Assembly (NCBI RefSeq): GCF_052425735.1
Contig: NC_135769.1
Span: 5,394,001 to 5,458,000, forward strand
Reading direction: 5' to 3'
DNA length: 64,000 bases
DNA from: Oculina patagonica
Lineage: Eukaryota
A program made the translations under genes and the position numbers. Below are positions 35,401 through 48,500 of the stretch, piece by piece (the stretch's first letter is position 1; every line of letters starts with the position of its first letter). The notes under the pieces are model-generated. The model was not told the DNA's origin and made no database searches. It saw only the letters and a program-made list of their open reading frames with translations.

Positions 35401-37770
35401 ACGTTGTGCAGCAAAATTATACTAGAGCTCCAGGCTCCTCGGCGATAACTTAAGGGCTCCATGGTTCCGGCCACCCCTCCTCCCCTTTGGGCCACTGGTT
35501 AAACAAGAGTTGATTTTGTCTTCCAACTAACCTTTAAAGATGTTGTATGCACAACGAAATCCATGAAATTCTTTATCCCTATCTGATATGAACCGTATGC
35601 TCATATTTCCATCCCGTTCAAATGTCAGAGAATGATTTAACACACCGCAGTATCTTCCCATCACTGGGGAGTCAGGTGAAGGGCCCGCCAGTATCTCAAT
35701 GAAATCAAAAATGCAGCCCTCCTTGTATTCCAATGCAATTTCGTCACATTCAAGAGTGATTTGCATCGCGGGATGGAGCTGTATCGTCCACAAACAGTCC
35801 ATATAGTTCGGGTAGTTGTTAGGGTAGTTGGGCGGGGTTATTATTCCACTGGTCTGATTTGTATGTACTTTACAGTCACCTAAATGGCGGAAAATAAACA
35901 AGGGATTTTTTGTTTTAAGATACAACTTTTACTTGTTCTCTTTTAGCAGTACCATAAACCATAATAAACAACGAACAGAAAGTACGCCCACTTGATCTCC
36001 AAAAGAACTTGAGTCATGGTTATGCAATTTTTGTATAATACATCTGAAATGTTTATCTTATGTGGTGATGACTTATTATTTGTGGCACTTAGTTGCGCTG
36101 AAATGGCGTCATAAATTGCGAACTCCGCCGTCTTGCAGTTCAAGATATTTGCTGTCAAAAAAATTGTCAGAAAATTACTCAAGTCTCCAAAATGGCTTAA
36201 AAACTAAAAAACCTGGCTCTGTATGAGATGTTTTTAGACATATCGACTCTGGAATGTTTTCTTGACTCACCAGCGTGCTGCAATTGAAAGCCTCGTTGTG
36301 AGGCATCGATGATGTCATCAGAAGCAAAGTGCAATAAAAGATGAGTCCCAGATGAAGTGATCTGCGTAAACCCTGGTGTCCCACAATACCTCGCGATCAG
36401 CGGAGACGCCATGCTGTCTCCATCTCTGATTTCTAAGTAGTCTGTGTCGCATGTTGTCTGTTGGGGGAAAAGATTCACTCAGTACACTTTAAAGACCGTA
36501 ACCACATATAACCAGACTCGGGGAGTATGGGAGAAAGTGAAAGTATACTCCCTTTAATTCTTTCGCGTCCTTTGGCGTCAAATAATGGAGGGCCTGTGAA
36601 CAGTCTATCTGACACTTCGGGTGGTCCTTTACAAGATTTTTGACTGTATCACCCACTTTTATGTTCGACAATGTCACAAGACAGTTTTGAAACTTGAGAC
36701 CTACAAAGAGTCCGCGTCACAATAAGTTTGGCCACTTCGCCCTAGCTCTACATGTGTCCATGTCTTCAACCCGCAGGCAAATCCCCGAACCTCGTATTCG
36801 TCCCTTACCTGACCCCGAGGTTTCAGGCCTTCGTCCCTTACCTGGAGATCAAAAATGGTTATCTTCACTCTATTTCCAGGAGACACAGATTTGATCCATG
36901 TAAGACTTGAGTTCGGAGGATACGTGAAAGGGTAGTCTGGAGATGAAATAGAGCCTTCCCATTCTGTGATGTTTACTGGCTCTGCTGCTGAAATGCAATA
37001 AAGCGAAAGTTAGCAGCGAACAAACCAGTTGCATCTTCCGCCAACGTCCCTCTCGCATTTGAACGTGAAAAATAAATTACCATTATAACACGAAGAACCT
37101 TTAATTTTGGCGTTTACCAAATCTGGCTGAGTGCAGTTATACATTTTGTCTTCTTGAAATATCCGGTACAGCAAAATCCCGCGAGTAAAATTAAGAACCT
37201 GCATTTTTCCAAGTTAGCCTTAAAAGGTTCTTACATAAATGGTAATTAGCACAAATAAAGGCTATTTAGGTTCTTTAGAAGATCTTATTTTCTGAAGAAA
37301 AATATACATTGTTGCTAATGGAAGTTTTAGTGGTATTCAGCCTTTTGCTTATATGAAATTTGCACCATTTCATTTTTTATTTGTGATTTTATCGATAATA
37401 ATATCTTATGATTTTCAACATTAGCATGTTCATTGCAACTGGAGAGAGAAGGCTCTTTGGTGTTTCCAAAGAGGATCCAGAATGATGACTTATTTTAACC
37501 CTAACCCTAACCCTAACAAAAATAAGAACCTATTTCCAAATTTTAGGCTAAAGAGGTTCCTATAAGGAGGGGCTCTAATTGGCTAATTTTAGCCTAACAG
37601 GTTCTTATTAAAAATTAGGTTCTTACCCGCGGGTTTTTACTGTATATTGAATGAAATTTACAACAAATTTTTAGTACACGCTCTAAAACCCCTTTGAAGA
37701 GACTACAGTTCTTACCTTGTGATGACTTGAATACGAGGATGCTTAAAAAACAACAGATAAGAATACATTC
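29499..37770 (-). CDS. Type-I membrane protein: signal peptide, CUB, CUB, TSP1, TSP1, Ser/Thr-rich mucin stalk, TM, cytoplasmic tail (about 1280 aa; ATG exon not located)
   Basis: Minus-strand exons with consistent phases: 37770-37716 (ECILICCFLSILVFKSSQ, signal-like); 36987-36842 and 36457-36271 (CUB1: GSISSPDYPFTYP..CDTDYLEIRDG..IARYCG..LHFASD..RGF); 35879-35532 (CUB2: PPNYPNNYPNYMDCLW..CIFDFIEI..GRYCG..FISD); 34488-34315 and 33733-33551 (TSP1: WTQWTSWTECSQTC..RSRSC; GGYTSWSNWSACHVTCGTG.RNRSRNC); 33431-32052 and 31686-30910 (S/T-rich); 30088-29499 (TM LVPFLVIIFVIAVVLITYYL plus tail, stop at 29499). Confidence 0.88.
31827..31879. repeat. (TCTG)n microsatellite
   Basis: Visible directly, in an intron of the CUB/TSP1 gene. 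Confidence 0.95.
37167..37643. mobile_element. TA-flanked MITE carrying a short (TAACCC)3 telomere-like run at 37496-37517
   Basis: TACAGCAAAATCCCGCGAGTAA ... TTACCCGCGGGTTTTTACTGTA. Confidence 0.7.
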
Positions 37771-40700
37771 CTAGGAATAAATGAGAAAAAGTAACTTTTT
37801 ACTCATAGTTCCTCCAATGCGAGAAAAAAATGTAGCCTTATTCCTAGGGTTCCTTCTTCCTGCTTTTTCGCTCACCTGAGAGTTTTCCCACAAACTGATA
37901 ATAAATTTTAAGCCACTTTCTTTATTTTTCAAGACAACACGAAAATTTGATGTCGCGAAAATTTCGTGTGATAAGGCAGTCACTCGTTTGCGAGACCGTT
38001 ACAATGGTTTTGTAAAAACAAATTTAACGCACTGAAACAATTATGAACTGAAACGTAGCTTTGTACGTTCATAAAAACAGCTGGCAACAACAAAAATATT
38101 ATTTATTTCAACTCAATTTTGAGGAGTGACCCGTGTAAGTTACGGGTTGAGGCAGCCTAAAAGACAGAAAATCAAAGTTCGTTTAAAATTTAAACTAATT
38201 TACCTAATGTTACTCAGAAAAATAAGGGGCTGTTACATTAAGAACTTCCACTAAACTGAGCTGGTGTGTACATAATTAAAAAGGAAAAGATATTAGTGTA
38301 AAAGAGTGTTTGGAATATAATTGATTTTCAACGTAAACTTAATTGTTTTTAAACGTACATACGAAATTTCGGGTTTGAGAAATTTCATTCCCAGTTCACC
38401 CCCTTGTCTAGTCTTGAGAGTTCGCCGGCAAGTTTTACTTTTGTTCTATATAAAGATTTTTCCAATTTTCATACACAATGTAGACCAAATTAAGTACCTA
38501 CGATTATAGGATACTTCTTCGTCGATAATTTACACCAAACTTTTTTAAATTTAATTCAACTCCGATCATTTTTCACACATAAGAAGTACTATCAATAGCT
38601 TTACACAATGCCAACGAGCTTATAATTTATAATCGTATTGTTCGAGACATACACCGAGAGCAATAAGTTCTCAATTGGTCTGGTGTACGTAGTTTCTTGT
38701 TTTCGACGTCTTTCGGTTAAATACCATCTGCTTTGTAAGATCGCATTTAACCGAAATTAAAAAAAAAAGGTAAAAGGGGCCGAAGATTTCCCCGTTAGCT
38801 GTGATTTCTACGTCTAAATGAATTTACCACGAAGAGTTTTGCGCGCACGATGACAAAACCTCGCAACTTTTTTAAACAATTTTCCAAGGCCAGTAAAATA
38901 AATATACTCAACGTGATAAAATATCGCAAAAATATTTTGCTACCACAGAAAACCACTATTTTATCTGCGTGGTGGGAGATTTTAGAGCACGGCCGCCTAC
39001 CTTAACTTTTCTAAGAAGTATGTGTTTCATTCCTTAGCTCGGTTTAATTTTCACACCAAAGCGAAGCCATGTTCTCAAACTTATTTTGCATCCTGTGAAA
39101 AATAATTCATTATTATCTTGCTAACCATACAAACAGTTTCCGCCTTGAAGCACCGCCACCTTATAAATACTTAATTTGCGGTAAAAGCGTTCAATTTTGT
39201 TCAGGTGCGAAAACAGGATTTGTTTTTCTGACAAATGGTCTTTAATCAAGGTACATATACGCAGAGTTTTCATTGTGTATGTACGGGGAATAGACGACCA
39301 AAGCAATAGCTAGAAACGTACATAAAAGAGTCTAACATAGAAGCAAAATAATATACAATACACTCTTTTTTTATAACAACGCGCAAAATTTGGCTGATCC
39401 TAAGAATTTTTTTTATTTTAGCCCAATAATACATTTTTCTTAAATTTTGGGGCAAATCTCAGCCTTGACGTTCTTGTAAAATTGGTTCTAATAGAACAAA
39501 AAGAATGTATAGGGGGAAGACATAGTCCTATGAATTTTCTTTCTCCAGTGTCCGGGAGGATTCTCTACACAGCACTGACGGAGGAACTTGTCGTACATAA
39601 AAGACGGATGAAAATCGTGTTTTTGTACACGTTTGAGTTGTTTCGTTTCCAATTTTCAGTTGCTGCAAAACTACGAAGCTCAGAGGGCTAACCATCACTC
39701 GACGCACTTCAATTTATACATCAGTATATATAATTTCAGTTTCATACGGATAATGCTTCCACACATTTTAGTAAGGTTTTCCCCCTTATAAATTGAAAAA
39801 TCTGCGAGTCTAGCTAGTGGTAATTCTCATGCCCTCCTTATTAATAAATGTCCCCAAATTTAGTATTTTGCAAGACTTGTAATGATTTAACAGGTTTAAT
39901 AGGGCCGCGTTTTGTCCTGGTTGTGTCGAACTGTATACTTCAAGTTTTGTTGTATCATACTTCAATATAAAAAAATACAGTAAGAAAATTCCAGATATAA
40001 GGACACAAATGAGTTTAAACCACCATTATTCCGAGCATTTTTTGTAACCTCTGGCCAGGGGACACAGAGCGCATTTCAATCAGCATTCGTGAGCGTTTTA
40101 CTATTTAGTGAGGAACTTAACCTTAGCTAAAGCTTGGATGTAATTGTTTTAAGAAATGCAATTAATCTCATTTTGCGACTATAGTTAGACAGCGAAGACG
40201 ACCAGAAATCAATCATGTTTAAGAGTTCAACTATAGATTTTTTCAGCCAATCGGCGTCGACTAAAGCAAATCCTCCGATGCGATTGATCGCGTAAATGCT
40301 GACAGTACTTTCGAGAAGCTTGACATAATTAGACCACGAAAATTTAAAAAAAGAAAAAAACAAACACAAATAATAACAGGGTTTAAACACTTTTCCAAAC
40401 TATTATTTCCTTTTTCGAAACTCAAGGGTTTGAGTGAATCACACTCCTAGAACCTGAATGCGGACACAATAATAAAATCATGCAGGGAGGAGGGTGGGGA
40501 GAGTACTTTGGAAAATGTTATAAACATTTTGAATAAGACAAAAAAACATGATATTCAGCTAGCTGACAGATTTTACTTTAAGTTAGCAATTTAAGCACTT
40601 TAGCTTGTTGAAGATTGGAAATTTTTTTTCTTTTTTTCCAACTTTACCAGACTCCATCTCTATTTTTCATATTTTTCCCATGTCTGGAAAACTAGTTTGC

Positions 40701-42502
40701 AGATTTCCATACTTTTTCAAAAATTCCAGACTCTGTCGTCTGCTTGTTCGAGTGAAGGAAGTGAGGATGACTAACCAGTAGGGCGAGGTTTGAGATAGCG
40801 CCTTTTTACGCACTGTGTTACCCAACTAACCAGACACCCGCAAGGCACTAGGCAATGGAGTTACAGCTGTGACATGGACAAAATTAACTCGGATTTTTTT
40901 TAATTTTAGTTTTGAATTAATATCATTCACAATGTTAGTTTACGAGCAATGGGTGACAAAACGGAAATCAGAGGAAACTGGGAAATGTTTGATAATGGAC
41001 CGTTCAGCACTTGAAGCTGATTGATGAATATATTTTGCCACTTAAAAAGATTTCACATACGAAAACGGAACACAAAACTATATAGCTAGCATCCGTTCCG
41101 AGTTCCTTTCTCGTGAGTCACATGAAAAGAAACGTGCTTTTTACCATCAGTTCCAAACTCTTTGAATATAATAAGGACTTTTTCAGACTGGGTGTTTGCG
41201 AACTAACAAAACTTAAACACTTCAACATTAAAACTCAACGTCGTGTCTTTTATAAAGTGGAATTATTGATAAGTCACTTGAAAACCGTCAAAGATGCTTG
41301 GCTTTTGGAGTACGCTAGAAACTCGGATAAAATCCGAAGAATTTGCTGGATAATAATATATGTTGTCATATTTATATTAGTAAAAAGCGAAACATTTACA
41401 AGCTTGCTGAGCAGTTCGAAGAGACACTCGTAAAACAGGTTATCCTAAGACTAAACAATAATTTATAATAAAAAGAAAACTCAGCCACGATTCACTTCTG
41501 AATGATAAGCAGTTTTAATTAACCTTTTAACTGCTGATAAGATGGCATACATTCATATTAATAATAACACAGGCCACTTGAGAACCAATAAGATGCTTGG
41601 GCTTTTGAGTAGCCAATTGAATGCTCTTGACTTAACCACACCACCAGCGAAAGACCTCCGCTGTAAAATCTGCAAGAGGAACACACAAGAAGAGTAAATT
41701 TACAAATAATTATAATTAAAAAATTAACTTTTACAAGGCTTATAAAACGTGAACGACGGTGTAACCGTGTTTTCTTGTAACGAAAAATTGAAGCGACGTT
41801 ATAAACCATTGTTCTTTTGGGACACTCCTTTGTTGAAGTTATAGAGATAATTATTAAGAGATTAGATAATAATACTAGACAATTGAAAACTGGCCACAAA
41901 ATGGCCACGAGGCAATAATTTTCTCTGGAATGCCAATCGGGGGAAAGATGGCTTGTTGCCTAGTCCTTAATAGTAGAACACACGCAAGAATGAAAGAAAG
42001 ATTTTTACAACGCGATCTTCGAAATCTTTGGTAAATAATTCCTACTTTGAAACTAAATCTCAGTAATTGGTATATTTGTATAAGTGGCCGACATTGCGCA
42101 AGTGGATTCTCGTAGAGGTTGACTTTCTTCGCCGACACGGAACAGAATTCCTGGACTTTTATCTTATATATTTACCAAAGAATAACGCCACAATAAATAG
42201 AGATAAGTCTTATTAATTTTGCGGTTGCATTGCTCGGCCTCTTTTTATGGAACCAAGCCGTTACATTCTTCTGAAAACAAAGACGATACAATTGTTGTAT
42301 GCAAGTGTCTGTAAATCTAGTCACGCCAATTATCTTAGGTATTATGCTTTGAACCAATCAGCGAGCGCGCTTAAGCTGATAACTTATGAATCCGCGTCAC
42401 TCTATTTCCGATTGCTCTTTTGCATATGGAGGTCAAGATTACAAAAGATTTCAGCTTCTTCTTCTAGTTCACCGGCTGCACACATAACAACAATCAAGAA
42501 AT

Positions 42503-45500
42503 ATGTCTTCCTATTCAGAAACGTCGAGCGGTAAGTTTCGATACGTTGTTTGTTAAGCTGTGGTTTTGACAGCTAGATGGACAAGTTTAGAGTCCGAAAG
42601 TGGGAAAATACGCCGTATAAACTCTCGCTTGTTTGCATGCTAAACAGTAATGACCTCAAGATCAGAATCTTTCGTTGAAGGCAGTTAACAGATAAATTGT
42701 TTATTGCTGTGAATATCGCTTTCACTTGACCCGAATGCTAAAAGTACCCCGCGAACGACTGCATTCTTGATTTTGGTCGTTTAACGGCATTCTTATCGAA
42801 ATCTTCCACAATCATTGAATACCTGATAAATGTCATTGCAATTTAATACTGCTGTAATTTTAAATCGTTCTTTGAATGTATTAGAGAATTGTTGACAAAA
42901 CAGTGTTGAAGCGTTTTACTTGGTGCAATTTAAAATTAAAAGCTTAATAAAGAGAAAATTTCTTGTTTCTAAACAGAGGAGAGGAGGCGGAGGAGACGTG
43001 AACGCGCCGAGCAAGAAAACTCCGCTGAGCCTGAGGAAATGGTAAAATGGAATATTTTAGTAAACTATGCATGCTAATTATTGCTGCATTGGCGTTCTAA
43101 ACTCCCTCTTTATGCAAGTAATAATTCCCTTTCTGCGTTTAGTTTCGTATTCTGACCAAAATACCGTCTTTGGAAATCGATTTTAGCCAGCCATCTTCAG
43201 ACACAGTTGTTTGGTGTTGAAACAATTAATAAAACTTTTAATTATATGTACATTCCTGAGGTGTGTCATTACCTTCACTCGACACGAAAACGTGCATGTT
43301 CGTATTTGAAGCTCTATTTTAAAACCTCCAGGACTTTCCGGTTGTGGATGCTATTATTATTTTCACTCGTTCGCAGGACAAGATTCCCTTGTTGACATAA
43401 AATCTACCGTATCGCGTATATGCAGTTTGTTTTTAGTGATTATCTTGATTTAATGATCTTATCTCGCTCGATGGTTTGCCGTAGTTGGATGCGTTCGTCT
43501 CGATCTCTTGTCGTGGTCACAAAACAGTAGTGTGTTTGTCTTTCTGAATACAAAAATTCATGTTTAGTAGATTTTGAACTGGGGATGTCAAGCAAACACT
43601 GTCTTTGGACTCCCATAAATTGAATTTAGGGTCAGATTTTGTGGTTTTTGTCAATTACACTGTACAAATGTAGAACAATTTTGATACAATAAAAGGTTTC
43701 GTCTTTATATTCGCTCAAATTATTATATCTATTATTTAGCAGGCTGAGTGAAATTTATCACGTACAAAAACTAGATATATACATGTTTGTGTAACCAATA
43801 TATTTTTCTTTTTGCCGGGAGGGCCGGGAAGGGGGGGATGTGTTACATGCACAAGGTGTTTATGTAGAAAGAAAATGATATATTGTAAATAACTTTGGTG
43901 CAAGTTTAAAGCTCCATGTTTGGCAAAACAATATTAATCTGTTGCCGCTTTCCGATAAAGTTGCAAATTTTGGCTAGTTTGGGACTTAGGAATTTGCCAA
44001 GACTGTGCTGCACAATTCAGTGTACAACAATAATTTCTGCAGCTTGCTTATCTGTAAAAAAAATAAAGACTTCCATTTGGCACAGACAGAAAGAAAGAGT
44101 GCAGTATATTGTATACAGCTATTTCGAGAAACGTTGTCGGAAAAAAGCACAAAACTGCACAAGCCAATCCCTAAAGGTAGTATGGGTAGACGTATTGAGC
44201 TACTGCACGTTTTGAATACTAATGAGATATAACAACAAAATAAGCGCAATTTTCAGGTTTTCTTTCTTTTCAGACATGTAGAAACGAGGTACGTTTAGAC
44301 CCTCTGAAGTTCAGAAGAATTTTTCCTCACTCAAAGACATGCGACAGTAAATGTAAAGCTACAGATATAGGCCTCCTGAGAAGAAAAACAAATTCTCCAC
44401 GTGCAAAAATACAAACTTGTAAATTTCCTCTAGGCCAATATGCAAAATTCCAGTGAATACCCAGACCACCTTTCGGTCTTGTCGCGTGCACTTTGATGTT
44501 TTTTTTTCGACAACCTTTCTCGAAATAGCTGTATAGGAAATGAATATTTATAACTGAAGATGATGACCTGGAAAATTATATATAAAAGAAGCAAAAAATT
44601 GCAAACTAATCAAGTTTAACTTGTGTTTTCACTTTGACCTGGCTTTTGTCAAGAGTAGCAAAAAGTAACTTCATCACAATTTTCTGATAACTAATATAAA
44701 CAATAGACAACCATATTTGTATTTTGGTATTAGACTGGAACTAGTTTGCAATGAAGGCTAATGTGGAAATCTTTTCAAATGCAAATGCAATGAGGCTTGA
44801 TCTTGTTAATGATATTCCCCGCATTAGTCTCCATTGTGCAGTTCCAGAAAATATCCATACTACCCCATGGAAAGTCATTGGAAATTCTGAGGGGATGGGG
44901 TGTAGGGTCTCAAAAACCAAAGTATGGAAATGATCTGGAGTTTCCAGAGGGGTGGGGTATTTAACCTAAAAGCCTTCTGTGGGAGGGGTATGGATAATTT
45001 CTGGAACAACACATTACAAGCTAGTTCCAATCCAATACCCAGAATACGAAAATGGTCTATAACAAATGTCTGACTGACTAGGGTCCCTTCAAAGAGTCAC
45101 AAGAAAACATTTCAATGGAAAATGCCATTGTTTTTTTAAAAAGTTCTCCTCATTGATGGCCATACATTTCTTTTAAAACATGCTAAGAGAATTTAATGGT
45201 TCATCAGGATAGTAGCCAGTCACGCTACTGACTCCAAAGCTCAGTCAGTTTATTATTGATTTTAAAATTTTCCCTTGATGTACAGGCTTATGACTGCCCC
45301 CACCCCTCTGAGTATTAGTTGGTCAGAATTTTGTGAAATCAAAATATCCAGATTTCAAAAGTCACAATTATATTGCATATGGGAATGACAATATTATTTC
45401 TTTTTTAATACCCCTTAATTTAATTAGTATTCGCCATTATCTTATTCTTTAAATTATACAGTAGCTTTGCAGTTGTCAAAAAAGATAAATATTCAAATAT

Positions 45501-48500
45501 CTGGGTCATGGTTCATTTCCTGTTAGTCTTTTCTGTTTCAATTTTTAGACAAAATGAAAGCTTATTTTATCTTTTATGTAACTTGAAATTGTTTTTGAGT
45601 TTATGATGAATTGAAAAATGTAAAAAAGGGAAATGCACTCCTTGAGAAAAGCATAGTGTGGGTGACAGCTGTGCTCTTCCTTGAAGAGCTGTTCATTGAG
45701 AAGCTACAAGTAAAAAGTTCTGGATCTTTCTTTGACATAATTCTTTTTGCATAATAGCTTTTTAAGAAATTAAATATTTGAAGCACTAACCTGTCATAGA
45801 TTCTTTGTATTTAGCCTTGTCATATATTTCTCTTCTTGTCGCCTTTGGATTCAACAACTGATCTGCAGTCAGCAACAGCACTGCCAAGCTTTATACATGT
45901 AACACGCTTCTTCCATCCTTAGGCATAAAGACTCCTTCTGTCAGAAAGCTTCATGTAGCACTTGTGAATTAGTTTTCTTTTATTTGACTGTGCTTTTCTT
46001 CATTGTGACATTTTGCTTCTTTGGGAAACCTCCTAGAAAAAAAGGAAATACACACAAAACTTGGTGCCAAGGATTCTACTTTCTATGATGATAAAACAAT
46101 TTCAGAAATGAAACATTTTTTCTGATTCATTTTATAAGGCTTGTAATGGTTATCACAAAGTCATCAAATTGTGCAATCTGTACAGTGATTTCATGTGATT
46201 CCTGATGAAGCATTAAGGAGCCAGTAAAATGCAGACGTACATCTGTAAATATAGTTTCTCCAGTATACATGTAGATCTAATGGTACAAATTACTGAGCTG
46301 TGTCAATTCTTATCTAGCAGAACACCCATCGACATGTAAACATTTCAAGAAAATCATCCCTTTCTATCAATGATTTTGTGTTTGCTTAGCTTTCTTGGGC
46401 ATGTACTTCTTGAAGAATCTTTCAAACAGAAGTAGATACAGTGGCAAATATCTCAGTGGTATAATTATCTCAGTATTCCAGCCCTGCATATCTCCCTGCA
46501 TGTACAATGTACATCACTGGCACAAGGTCGCCTGATCTTTCTTTTAGCAAAATAAAATGATAAAGAAATTTGTACCTGAACACTTGACTGTACACATTGT
46601 ACACTTCTTTGCTTGGACAGGCATCAGTCTCTATTCTTGTATGTGATGGAATGTGCTTGGTTAGTTGACCTATCTCAATGTGTTTAATTTCCACTCCAGA
46701 GTTGCGTGATTCTTGTCAGTGAAAACAGCAACCAAACCCTAATGTCTATATTTACATCAAAGATAGCTGTAGGTTTCATCAGTGTCACAATTTGATCCTT
46801 TGTCATTCTGTTCCAAATTTCATAAGTTTGCACTTCATCAAAACAGATGTAAATGCACTCTGCTGTTATTTCAGGGATTGACTTTTCACATGAAATGTTT
46901 TTAAGGTTCATTTTCAGGTATAAACAGTGTAGCAAGTTAAGAAATCCAAGTTGGGATGCAAAATGTCAATTAATAGCATTGATGTGTTTGTGTAGCCCCA
47001 TGACAATTGGATAACCACAACAAAGAGCAATTGATTGAAACTTGCTCAACAATAAACTAAGGCTTGTTTTGTTGTGGGGGACCTGGGGCTGATGGAAACA
47101 AGAGATAGCCAAAGAAAACTAATGAATGTATGACACAGATTGTAAGCATTCCAGAGGCCAGCTAATCAATACATTAGCAGACGCCTTGGCTGCTGTCCTG
47201 TACTGCTGTTTTGAAGCTCCCTGTCCTCTGCACCTTAATTTGCTGTGATCTTCACAGAGCTCTTTCACCAAGACAAGCTTGCCATCTTGCGTGTAGTTGA
47301 CTCTGTCATTTTAAGTCTTCAGATACTAAAATGGAGGTAGGGTAACATGATTTTTTGCCTTTATCAAATGTGAAGTTGTCATTTACAGAGCAACATGACT
47401 GCTCAATGGAGGCAGGGTCACTCCCTTGAATTGAATCTGTTTTCTAACTCTATTCCAAAGTTCTTCATGTGCAAAATTGCATGAGATCAACTGAAGCTCT
47501 GATTTCTAAACATAAAGGCATTTTATTCAGTAGACATGGAATTGCACTAAAAATTCTAGAGCCAGCCTGTTTCTCTAGTTAGTCTGGTCAGCTCACTGAG
47601 CCTTCATTTATGTAAATTATTTTGTTTACACTGGGATAATCTGTAGCTCAGCATTTGATCACTGCTTACATGTCACCAAAATTTGCCCCGGAGAATAGTT
47701 TCTCGTGTTGTTTTGGCTGTGTTTATAACTTCCATCTGTGCAACAGATCCCATCCATAAATTTCATCTTCTCATGAGAGACCTTGAACATAGTATTTTGC
47801 TTGTTGTGTTACAATGGGGCTCTTCTTGGTCAATTAGCATAAATCTGCTTAGCTGGGGCAATCTGTTCTAAAAGTGAATCTCAGAGATTTCTTTGCTCTC
47901 GAGCCATACTCTTAATATTTATTTTATTTACGTTGTTTGTGTCTAGCCACTTTTGGCATGTGGATGCTACAACAGAAAGGCTCAAAGCCAAATGATGAAA
48001 GCTTATGATAACTGCTGGATGCTAACCCTGAAGTAAATTTGCATTTCGCTCACAGCAGAGTTCCCATTATGGCTTATATTCAACTGTGTGTAATCCATGA
48101 AGGTCTTAGAGTTTTAAAATGTATTTTTTTAAAGACCCTTGCATGCATTTCAGCTCTTGCTGCTTACAGTGTACATGTATCTGTCAAAACTACAGGAAAC
48201 CGGCCTCCTTTTATTTCACAAAATGTTTGTGTTGCATCTGTATTAAACATTCTCGTACAGAAGGGTATCTGTTTCCACTTATAAGAAATTACAACCATTT
48301 TTCTGTTTGGCTGAAACCTTAAAACTGATTTTTGACTCTGTCAAGGGTTTGCAGTGTGAACATTTTTGGACAAAACAATAATTACAGGCTTTTAAACTTT
48401 TCTCTATATTTGGTCATAGTATTTGATTCAGTGGCTTTTTAACATATTCATCCATTCAATGAATCAACCAAGAGGTCATGCCATAAAATGACCCCACCCA

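Noticed and set aside
37496-37517. Interstitial telomere or chromosome-fusion scar
   Set aside because: Only 3.7 units, and internal to a MITE.
37771-37806. Stop-codon readthrough MSKKLLFLIYS*ECIL... as the signal peptide start
   Set aside because: The TAG follows a pyrimidine tract and is more simply a splice acceptor with an unlocated upstream ATG exon.
42241-42250. CArG (SRF) box upstream of the troponin-I-like gene
   Set aside because: CTTTTTATGG has one mismatch to CC(A/T)6GG and is expected by chance in AT-rich DNA.
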